A stretch of DNA of 32,000 nt from Nostoc punctiforme PCC 73102 (GTDB lineage Bacteria > Cyanobacteriota > Cyanobacteriia > Cyanobacteriales > Nostocaceae). Location of the stretch: positions 7,560,001 through 7,592,000 of the forward strand of contig NC_010628.1 of the NCBI RefSeq assembly GCF_000020025.1. The letters are read 5' to 3'. The notes below the pieces were generated by a model. That model worked only from the letters and a program-made list of their open reading frames with translations. It had not been told where the DNA came from and did not search any database. Position numbers and translations under genes: made by a program. How positions within the stretch are numbered: the stretch's first letter is position 1; each line of letters opens with the position of its first letter. Positions 1 to 7,169 of this stretch are shown piece after piece.

Positions 1-298
1 CAATCATAAGTCTGGTAATTTCCTGACGATGCCCCCGTTTTTTGCGGGTTTTCTTTTTCGGCTTCATCTTGTATACCAAGACTTTACGACCTCTGTAATG
101 TCGCATTACAGTCCCTTCTACAGTTGCACCTGTCACTAGTGGCTGTCCAATGCTGACTGCGCCATCGTGCTGCACGAGTAATACGGAGTCTATTGTAACT
201 TTTTCATCTGGTTCGGTGGGAAGCAGTTCAATGTCATAAAACCGCCCTGGCTCTACTCGTATTTGTTTGCCGCCAGTTTCAATAATCGCGTAAGTCAT
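1..298 (-). CDS. rplU: 50S ribosomal protein L21 (N-terminal 99 codons; 3' end runs off the window)
   Basis: Absent from the ORF track because there is no stop in the window. The reverse complement from CAT 296-298 reads [99 protein letters not shown]. This is the canonical L21 sequence with the [12 protein letters not shown] motif. Confidence 0.9.
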   Translation of the reverse strand, partial: MTYAIIETGGKQIRVEPGRFYDIELLPTEPDEKVTIDSVLLVQHDGAVSIGQPLVTGATVEGTVMRHYRGRKVLVYKMKPKKKTRKKRGHRQEITRLMI

Positions 299-731
299 GG
301 AATTGTCCTTGAGGTTGCCGTACAGGTAGCTGGTTTTTATCTCGTTTAGAGAGGTTTTTGCCAGCTTTTGTAATATGTCTACCTGATCCGAGCAGGAATT
401 AGACAGACAATCTAACATATTATTTTATCCACAGGTGCTAAGTCAAGCTTCCATTTGCCAAAATTCGTGATGGCGATCGCTTACCCAAAAATCAGAATTG
501 ATACTTTTTATTGAAATACAGCTTCTATCTTAAGAGTGATTTTTACAAACTACTAGAAATATTTTAGATTCAAACTTATAGTTTCTTATCAAAATCTCCA
601 CATTTCTCTTACTTATTTTAAAATTAAAATTACACAGCTTAATCTAATAGTTCTTTACAGAATTTAGTGAATCGAAAAAAATCAAATTACTACATTCAAA
701 CCTGATATTGAAAACAGGAGATGGATTTGTC

Positions 732-965
732 ATGACACAGCAAAATGCTACCCGACTTTTTCAAGCCGTAAAAAAAGATCAAGCATTGCAGCAAAAGCTT
801 AAAGCAACAGCTGATCCAGAAGCTTTCATCAAGATTGCTAAAGAGCGTGGTTATGACTTCACAACTGATGAACTGGAAAATGAAATCAACAAGTTATCAG
901 AAGAAGATTTAGCCGCCATTGTCAATCCAGGATGGGGAACTAGACGGCACATTCTTCCTAGATAA
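732..965 (+). CDS. Nif11-like leader peptide family (N11P-type) precursor with a very short C-terminal core
   Basis: MTQQNATRLFQAVKKDQALQQKLKATADPEAFIKIAKERGYDFTTDELENEINKLSEEDLAAIVNPGWGTRRHILPR matches the Nif11-like leader pattern (KLKA..DPEA...IAKE.G..FT..EL....LS.E.L). AGGAG at 716-720 lies 11 nt before ATG 732. The track start at 708 is a TTG. Confidence 0.7.
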   Translation: MTQQNATRLFQAVKKDQALQQKLKATADPEAFIKIAKERGYDFTTDELENEINKLSEEDLAAIVNPGWGTRRHILPR

Positions 966-1099
966 TTCCTATTCTAGGAAACTGAAAATATAGGAACAAC
1001 TGAATTGACAAGTTTTGCTCCTCAAGGGGATACCGTTGCATCATCTCTTTTAGGGGCATTTCTGTGAAATTAAGCAACTCTGCTTCCCATCTCCCCACC

Positions 1100-1207
1100 C
1101 AATACTTTTCGGTTAAACCCAATAATCTCTCTTTTGGTCTGGGGAAAGGGAAATTCAAACCCTTTCCGTTTCCCCTTTCCCCCTTCCCCCTTAACCGAAA
1201 AGTATTG
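1100..1207. mobile_element. MITE-like element, copy 1 (17-bp TIRs, 10-bp target duplication)
   Basis: TIRs are CAATACTTTTCGGTTAA (1100-1116) and TTAACCGAAAAGTATTG (1191-1207). The interior is a G-rich/C-rich hairpin (ggggaaaggg...cctttcc). It is flanked by the identical direct repeat TCTCCCCACC at 1090-1099 and 1208-1217. Confidence 0.75.
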
Positions 1208-1261
1208 TCTCCCCACCTGCCTAACTCATGAGTTAGGATGGCTATATTTTAATCAGGTGAT

Positions 1262-2353
1262 ATGGAAAGAATAGAAGTTGAGCAAAGAACTATTTTAATT
1301 GGTTTGGCAGGTAGCCACGGCTATGGTTTAAATCGTCCTGATTCAGACTTTGATTATCGGGGAGTATTTATCGCGCCCAAAAGGTACTACTTGGGATTTG
1401 ATCGTATAGAACAAAAAGATACTGGTTGGGATGAACCAGGAATATTTTCATTTTTGAATGGTAACAAAGACACAGTTATATATGAATTAAGAAAAATCCT
1501 CCTGTTATTAGCGGGTGCAAACCCCAATGTTTTAGAATTGCTCTGGTTAAATAACTATCCTTTTGTAAGCGCAGTCGGACAGCATTTAATTAATCATAAG
1601 CAGCTATTTTTGAGTAAGAAGGTAAAACATACTTACACTGGTTATGCCTTTGCTCAAATCAAAAAGATGGAAACTCATCGTAAATGGTTGTTAAAGCCAC
1701 CGCAAAAAAAACCAATACCATCTGACTTCGCCATAGAAGACGAAGCCCCCCTCAGCAAAGATGAGTTAAATGCTTTTCTGGAGTATCTTTATAACTTAAT
1801 CAGAGGACGAATTGAGTTTTTGGAAGAAGCGGAACAGTTATACAAATTGCTGACGGCAGATATTGATTTTAAAGGAGTGTTAAAACAATATACTTTACCC
1901 GATGAAACTTTAGAATATACTCAAAATTTAACCAATAGCCGTAAAGATTTTATCCGTCTGCTTCAAAAAAGCCAAAATTATCAAATAGCTTTAAGAGAAT
2001 GGAAGGCTTATTTATCTTGGCAGGAAAATAGGAATCCGGCTAGAGCAGAAATGGAAAGAAAGTCGGGTTTTGACCTCAAACATGGGATGCACTGCATTAG
2101 ATTATTACGCAGTGGAGTAGAAATATTGCGTCAAGGTGAAGTGATTGTAGATAGAAGAATAGCTGGTGATGTTGAAGATTTAAGAGCTATTTTGAAGGGT
2201 GAGTATTCTTATGAGCAAGTGATGAAAATGGCAGAAGATTTAGTCGCTGAGATGGAGGTTGTCTACGAACAATCTACCCTCCCTCACAAACCTGATTTAG
2301 AGGAAATTAATAAGTTGTGTATGGAATTGGTAGAAATGCAGGGATGGCATTAA
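1262..2353 (+). CDS. DNA polymerase beta superfamily nucleotidyltransferase (PF10127/RlaP-like family, by motif recall)
   Basis: 363-aa ORF. The N-terminal motif LIGLAGSHGYGLNRPDSDFDYRGVF is the G[SG]-x-DxD minimal nucleotidyltransferase signature. The C-terminal part is helical. Confidence 0.7.
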   Translation: MERIEVEQRTILIGLAGSHGYGLNRPDSDFDYRGVFIAPKRYYLGFDRIEQKDTGWDEPGIFSFLNGNKDTVIYELRKILLLLAGANPNVLELLWLNNYPFVSAVGQHLINHKQLFLSKKVKHTYTGYAFAQIKKMETHRKWLLKPPQKKPIPSDFAIEDEAPLSKDELNAFLEYLYNLIRGRIEFLEEAEQLYKLLTADIDFKGVLKQYTLPDETLEYTQNLTNSRKDFIRLLQKSQNYQIALREWKAYLSWQENRNPARAEMERKSGFDLKHGMHCIRLLRSGVEILRQGEVIVDRRIAGDVEDLRAILKGEYSYEQVMKMAEDLVAEMEVVYEQSTLPHKPDLEEINKLCMELVEMQGWH

Positions 2354-2422
2354 CAGTCAGTGTTTTGAGTGCTTTTAAATATTTTTGAGTAGCGGATGAG
2401 TCGCGGTTTAATTCAGGCATCA

Positions 2423-3581
2423 TCAAAAATCTGGGCATTCGCCCTTGGTAGCTTCTGGGTGAACGTAATAGTGAAGTACTGTATTTACATCGTCTCCGAT
2501 CCAGTAGGCAACTCTGTCAGGGGAGTTACCAGAAGCGATCGCCCAAGTTGCAAAAGTGTGCCTGGTAGCGTAAGGGTTCAAGTAAGGAATTTTTTCCTGA
2601 TTTGACAACTTTCTCACTACTCCGGTCTGGTTTTTCCCGTCTCGGTTCCAAGCATGGCTTAACGCCGAAACTAGTCATTGAACAGCCTCTTTTTGTTGAG
2701 AAGAGACGCGAATCGCCTGATGCTGTTGGCTTCATCGATAGCAGTAGTTCATGTAATTTAGCTCCGGCGCTGCACTGAAATATTCTGCTTTTACCGTTCT
2801 TTGTGCCTTTCTCTATCCCCAAAAGGTTTTTTGATCTAGAGATGCTGATCTGTAAGCAATCTCTCGAAATATCTTTCCAGGTAAGAGCAAAGGCTTCACC
2901 GTGTCGGCAACCAGTCCAGAAAAGAAACTTTATGAGATTGCTGTAATGACTACATCGCTCGTCAGACTCAAAAGCTCCGATGATCGTATCTCGCTCTTCT
3001 CTGGTGAAAGCTCTGCAATCATCGGTGTTATTCTTAATTCTCTTAATTTTTTTGAGGCTCTCAAACGGATTAGCTTTGATGATTCCTTCCTCTAAAGCCC
3101 AACGACAACATTGGTCAAATCGGAGTAAATATTTTGAAGCCATAAACTGGCTGGTGTTCTCCATCAGCCAATTTCTGATTTTTGGCGCGTCTAAAAGTGA
3201 GCGCGATGGTAGCCGGTCGATAGTTCTGCTTACCACTCTGTAAGTAGAGTAAATTGTGGTTGCTTCTATCTGCCTGGACTGAAATTCTGTAAACATCTTC
3301 CATAACTCCCCCAAGTTGCCTTCCCCCAAAAAGTGAAGGCGACTTGGGGGAGTTGCGATCGCACTAGGTCTAAACTGGTATCTCTCCAGAGTGGGGTCAA
3401 AGCGCCCTAATGAAATATCGGTTACTATGGCATCCCGACGTAAACGCACAATATCGCGATTACGTTTAAGGTTTTTTAAACCCGTAGATATTTGAAATTG
3501 CTTAGGAAAACCTTTAACCCGAAACCGCAGCAAGAGTTTGTCTGACCGTGGATCGGAGCTAATCCACTTATCTTCAGTCAT
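2423..3581 (-). pseudogene. Tyrosine recombinase/phage-type integrase, disrupted by a frameshift near 2650-2680
   Basis: The 351-aa ORF carries the Arg-box region FLFWTGCRHGEAFALTWKDI. The catalytic C-terminus (LNPYATRHTFATWAIASGNSPDRVAYWIGDDVNTVLHYYVHPE) lies in a different frame (ORF 2423-2617). That frame reads back as SHAWNRDGKNQTGVVRKLSNQEKIPYLNPY until a TGA at about 2675. Confidence 0.8.
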
Positions 3582-3635
3582 AATTCGTCAGAGTTTGTAT
3601 GAATATCTTCAAAAGTTAAATAGATTCTGTTGACT

Positions 3636-3914
3636 TCAATTTATTTCGCTTCTTTCCTTTAGAAATTTCACCGCACCAGCGCATATTTCTAATCTTTTGG
3701 TTTCGTCCAACTCATAGTCAGTCATGCTGATGATCAGGTATTGCTGTTCTCTAAAGGTCAAATGAATGTGCCTAATGTGCATATCTGGATAACCAAGCAT
3801 CCCAGGAATAACCATCTCACGAACTACTAATGATTCTTCAGTGAGCGATTCTTCTCCAGCCGTAAACCCGTGCTTGTTTTCCTTTTCCAAATCGTGATAA
3901 GTGAGATAATTCAT
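3636..3914 (-). CDS. Hypothetical protein (92 aa)
   Basis: ORF only, with no motif I recognise. It lies between the integrase and the small-gene operon on the same strand. Confidence 0.4.
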   Translation of the reverse strand: MNYLTYHDLEKENKHGFTAGEESLTEESLVVREMVIPGMLGYPDMHIRHIHLTFREQQYLIISMTDYELDETKRLEICAGAVKFLKERSEIN

Positions 3915-3974
3915 ATCAATTGCAGAGTTAAAAATTATTTGGAATTTTTAAGTTTTTTGAATTTCAGAAAAATT

Positions 3975-4194
3975 GTCTACAACCCCTAAAATCCTTTTCT
4001 GGCAAGATTTATAGCCGTCTACAGCCGAGTTTTTGCAACCAAAAAATTGTAGACGCTGTAAACGAACTCTATAACCTCAAGAGGTGAACTCAAGAGCGAT
4101 CGCAATAGTATTTAAAATCCCTTGCTATCACTCCTCAATCCACCTGTGAAACCTTGCCTACAGGCTGTAGACGGACTGTAGGCAAGCTGTAGAC
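3975..4194. repeat. Cluster of GTCTACAG/CTGTAGAC octamer motifs including a 10-bp-stem hairpin
   Basis: Copies: GTCTACA 3975-3981, GTCTACAG 4017-4024, TGTAGAC 4048-4054, CTGTAGAC 4165-4172, CTGTAGGC 4176-4183 and CTGTAGAC 4187-4194. There is a perfect inverted repeat TTGCCTACAG (4154-4163) / CTGTAGGCAA (4176-4185). One more GTCTACAG sits at 6869-6876. Confidence 0.7.
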
Positions 4195-4195
4195 A

Positions 4196-4414
4196 TTACT
4201 TTGACCACCTCCAGCCGAAGCTGCTAAAAAGCGCCGGAATCGTTAGAGATGCTGTGAGGTCAAAAGCCAAGTCCGCCAGATTATCTGGCAGTGTGATCGC
4301 GTTCACCCACCCTTTCTTAAATTCCTCCAACCTGTTGGAATGGGGAATCGGGACTGGGGAATAGTGACCCCGGTCGCTGGGAACCTCTACGACTATTTTT
4401 TGCTCATCTGCCAT
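4196..4414 (-). CDS. Hypothetical protein (72 aa from MADEQKIVVEV; track ORF extends to 4480)
   Basis: This is the last gene of a chain of overlapping minus-strand ORFs. I prefer ATG 4414 because it overlaps the stop of the upstream 40-codon ORF (ATGGCAGATGA). Confidence 0.45.
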   Translation of the reverse strand: MADEQKIVVEVPSDRGHYSPVPIPHSNRLEEFKKGWVNAITLPDNLADLAFDLTASLTIPALFSSFGWRWSK

Positions 4415-4526
4415 ACTGCACCTCGATTTTGAGGTAGAAAGGTCGATTGCTCTCCTGTTTGCACAGGGCGACGATCGCAATTACCAGAGCGGCTATGGTG
4501 CAAATAAGAATGATTGCTTGATTCAC
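4404..4526 (-). CDS. Possible 40-aa single-TM peptide (below the ORF-track cutoff)
   Basis: The hand translation starts from a GTG that overlaps the upstream stop (GTGA at 4523-4526). It reads VNQAIILICTIAALVIAIVALCKQESNRPFYLKIEVQYGR followed by a stop. The hydrophobic core is 20 residues. Both ends overlap neighbouring ORFs. Confidence 0.3.
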   Translation of the reverse strand: MNQAIILICTIAALVIAIVALCKQESNRPFYLKIEVQYGR

Positions 4527-4705
4527 TCCTGCTCCTTCTTTACGATCTCCATGTTCAGGTCAACCATTGCCTGGTATGCGTCGCCGAGTGTTCTCTCTGG
4601 CTCATACCCTTTAGAATCTATCTCTTGGTACTCAGGATGATTGTATATTTCGGAAATTTGCAGCGAAACTTCGATAACCAATTCGCTAAGTTTTTTGTTA
4701 GTCAT
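4523..4705 (-). CDS. Hypothetical acidic protein (60 aa)
   Basis: ORF overlapping the upstream ORF by 8 nt, consistent with translational coupling. No recognisable motif. Confidence 0.4.
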   Translation of the reverse strand: MTNKKLSELVIEVSLQISEIYNHPEYQEIDSKGYEPERTLGDAYQAMVDLNMEIVKKEQE

Positions 4706-4952
4706 TACTGTTACCCCGATCGCTGTACTGCCCGTAGCCGCTTGTATGAGTAAGTCTTTCCGAGATGCAGTTAATTACTGGGTTTTCGCTTACAGGTAGC
4801 GGCTTTCCCTCAATGTAAGCGGCTGAGATTTCGGCGCATTCCTCAGCACTTGCACCATTGCCGAGTAGCTGTGCTTCGGGGAACCCTGCGCGGTGAATTT
4901 CGTTACTGGGATTTGGCTTTTGAGTCATATAATTTTTGGAGTGTGGTTTCAT
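4698..4952 (-). CDS. Hypothetical protein (84 aa; alternative start ATG 4928)
   Basis: ORF in the same minus-strand chain. No recognisable motif. Confidence 0.4.
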   Translation of the reverse strand: MKPHSKNYMTQKPNPSNEIHRAGFPEAQLLGNGASAEECAEISAAYIEGKPLPVSENPVINCISERLTHTSGYGQYSDRGNSND

Positions 4953-5001
4953 TGATGTGCCGCATCTGGCGATCGCGTATCTGTGCGGATGGCGATCGCC
5001 T

Positions 5002-5370
5002 TTAAAAATCGGATTTGGTGGCAGTAGTGCTGTTAAAAAGGGTTACAAGCCATATCTGCCAAGTTTTTCGCCTTGTTGCGCTAACTTCGATTGGTTGACG
5101 AGTATCAAGGCAAACTGCCCGTCCGTCATTTAGTTTGACGTAAAGGCTTTTCCCGGTTTTTGACCGAGAAAACAATTGACCGGGTTCTAAAGTTCCAAAG
5201 CCTACCTGCGTTCTGCCTACTACATATTCAGCTTGGTGAGAATCAAATCCCTCTGAGAGTGGATCGTCTGCCATCTCTTTCCACTCTCGTGGTTTGCCTT
5301 TGCGATCGCTCTTGTTCGTGGTCGTTCTGCCGTTAGTAATGGCTCTATCTGTTGTTTGTTGGTCGGTCAT
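5002..5370 (-). CDS. Hypothetical protein (122 aa), first gene of the minus-strand operon
   Basis: ORF only. The basic N-terminus is RTTTNKSDRKGKPREWKE. It is immediately preceded by three phased 22-nt repeats. Confidence 0.45.
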   Translation of the reverse strand: MTDQQTTDRAITNGRTTTNKSDRKGKPREWKEMADDPLSEGFDSHQAEYVVGRTQVGFGTLEPGQLFSRSKTGKSLYVKLNDGRAVCLDTRQPIEVSATRRKTWQIWLVTLFNSTTATKSDF

Positions 5371-5434
5371 AGTCGGTGACGAATGCCTTAATAGTGGGTG
5401 ATATGTACCTCGATAGTGGGTGACGTGTGCCTCA
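5369..5434. repeat. Three phased 22-nt tandem repeats (ATAGTSGGTGAYRWRTGYCTYR)
   Basis: Units: ATAGTCGGTGACGAATGCCTTA (5369-5390), ATAGTGGGTGATATGTACCTCG (5391-5412) and ATAGTGGGTGACGTGTGCCTCA (5413-5434). A related TGGGTGACG is at 5513-5521. Confidence 0.8.
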
Positions 5435-5599
5435 CAAGTGCGTTAATAGTCGCTCAATAAATGGGCTGATTCTGTGGCTCAATGGTTTGTGTTAACTGGC
5501 TTTTAGCGTTTTTGGGTGACGTTTTACGGAGATGAGTTCTGTTACATTCATCCTGTCCACTCTTTCCAACGTGATTTATTTGCCGATTGTTTTTGGGAT

Positions 5600-5626
5600 A
5601 TCCAGGGCACTTTGCTCTGGATTTTT
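5600..5626 (+). terminator. Rho-independent terminator-like hairpin with no assigned upstream gene
   Basis: ATCCAGGGC-ACTTT-GCTCTGGAT gives a 9-bp stem with one G-U pair, followed by TTTTAA. Confidence 0.45.
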
Positions 5627-5720
5627 AATGGGAACCGCTAACCCCGCGACGCTACGACTTACGGGTGAATGCAGCTATTAATGAGACGTTCCGAATGGAT
5701 GAAGGCTACGTATTGTAATA

Positions 5721-6853
5721 CCAATTCTGTATGAAGATGCGCCAAACTACGTCAAACTTATAGATGGGTGCATTTAGTAATTTTGTTATGAGTCGTCCAT
5801 TCCAAATCGAGATTTCAGAAAGCCTTGAAGAATTGGAGAAAGCTCTCAGACATGCCACACAAGCAAGCAGCAAAGAAAGATTGCAAATGCTTTATTGGCT
5901 CAAGAGTGGGCAAGTAAGCAGCAGGCAATCGCTAGCAGAACGTTTAGGCCGTGATGAAGCAACCATAACTCGTTGGGTGAGGAAGTATAAAGACGAAGGA
6001 CGAAAGGGCTTGCTTGAAGTCAAACATGCACCCGGAAAAGTTCCGAGTATCAGTGGTTCAGACTTAGAAAGCTTGAAACAGCAGTTACAAGAATCATCTG
6101 GGTTTCAAAGCTATGGCCAAATTCAACAATGGCTTAAGAGCGAATTAGGACTTTCACTTGCCTACAAAACGGTCTATGAAGTTGTTCACAACCGTTTGGG
6201 TGCAAAGTTAAAAGTGCCTCGTCCTCAAAGCACCAAACAACACCCAGAAAGTCTATCTCACTTTAAAAAAAACTTCCTTTAGCATTCAAATTCTTACAGG
6301 AGGAATTTGGAGAAGGGAAACGATTGAGGTACTTGTGTCAAGATGAAACACGTTTGGGATTAAAGACAATTGCAGGACGTTTAATCACTGCTAAAGGGGT
6401 TAAACCCGTGGGCTTAATTCAATGGCAACGTGAAAATTTTTATTTATACGGAGTTGTGGAACCCCTAAGTGGATACAGCTTTTTCTATGAGTTTCCCTAC
6501 CTCAATGGTGATTGTTTCCAACACTTTTTGGAGTTACTCTCTGCTGACCTTGGCGATGATATTGCGGTTATCCAGTTCGACCAAGGGGCTTTTCACAAAG
6601 CGAAAGCTCTCGATTATCCAGATAACATTATCCCGATTTTTCAACCTCCTCACTCTCCCGAACTTAACCCAATTGAGCGGTTTTGGGAATTTCTCAAATC
6701 TAAACTCCAATGGGAAAATTGTAAAACCCTCGCGCAACTACAGCAGAAGTTAACTGATGCCCTTAAAGCAATTACACCTGAGATGATTGCTTCTCTTACT
6801 TCTTACGACTTTATCCTTGAAGCCTTATTTAGCGCAGCTTCATAAAGAATTGG
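5721..6853 (+). mobile_element. IS630-family insertion sequence (1133 bp) with TIRs and TA target duplication
   Basis: The left end is CCAATTCTGTATGAAG (5721-5736). The right end is CTTCATAAAGAATTGG (6838-6853). They match at 15 of 16 positions as inverted repeats. TA occurs on both flanks (5719-5720 and 6854-6855). Confidence 0.85.
5764..6845 (+). CDS. IS630-family DDE transposase, two frames joined by a putative -1 frameshift in an A8 run
   Basis: OrfA (5764-6282) has HTH motifs (SRQSLAERLGRDEATITRWVRKY). OrfB has the DDE residues (CQDETRLG, IQFDQGAFH, SPELNPIERFW). The orfB frame is open from 6267. TTTAAAAAAAAC at 6262-6273 is the slippery site. Confidence 0.85.
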
Positions 6854-6883
6854 TATAAGGTTTACAAGGTCTACAGTCTGAGA

Positions 6884-7103
6884 ATGAAAATCAATCGGCA
6901 CGGACGCGCCGAAAGTTCTGACTCAGTTAGAGATACAGCTTATTTTCAGTCATGGCTTAGACAATGACCGAGATAGAACTTTATTTGGCGTGTGCCTGTT
7001 CAGTGCTTGCCGTATACGTGAGTGTTGTACCCTCTTGACCACAGACATTTACACGCCCAAAGGTTATGAAGAAAACTACTCCAGAGTAATTATTGCTAAA
7101 TAG
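6884..7103 (+). pseudogene. 5' remnant of a small tyrosine recombinase (frameshifted and truncated)
   Basis: ATG 6884 gives MKINRHGRA, then the frame is lost. The adjacent frame reads KVLTQLEIQLIFSHGLDNDRDRTLFGVCLFSACRIRECCTLLTTDIYTPKGYEENYSRVIIAK then a stop. This is the Arg-box region of integrases. It ends at TAG 7101-7103, exactly where the AT-rich block starts. Confidence 0.65.
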
Positions 7104-7169
7104 GTGCGATTTTTCCTTGTAGCTTCAAAAACTAAGTGTTACTATTTACTAGTAAATCGCATATCTACT

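Noticed and set aside
958-1158. 66-aa minus-strand ORF
   Set aside because: It runs through the MITE arm and its G/C-rich hairpin. It overlaps the end of the Nif11-like gene. It has no start context or motif, so it is most likely spurious.
2387-2417. Possible degenerate third copy of the tRNA-Lys 3' end (GAGTAGCGGATGAGTCGCGGTTTAATTCAGG versus GATAGTGGGTGACGAGGGATTTGAACCC), just outside the integrase pseudogene
   Set aside because: The match needs two indels and several mismatches, which is too weak to claim by eye. It is only worth testing by formal alignment or by comparison with empty-site genomes.
2396-3303. Plus-strand ORFs (69, 64 and 87 aa) and a 62-aa minus-strand ORF within the integrase locus
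   Set aside because: They are shadow or alternative frames of the recombinase pseudogene. Only the two frames carrying the Arg-box and RHTF/Tyr motifs make biological sense.
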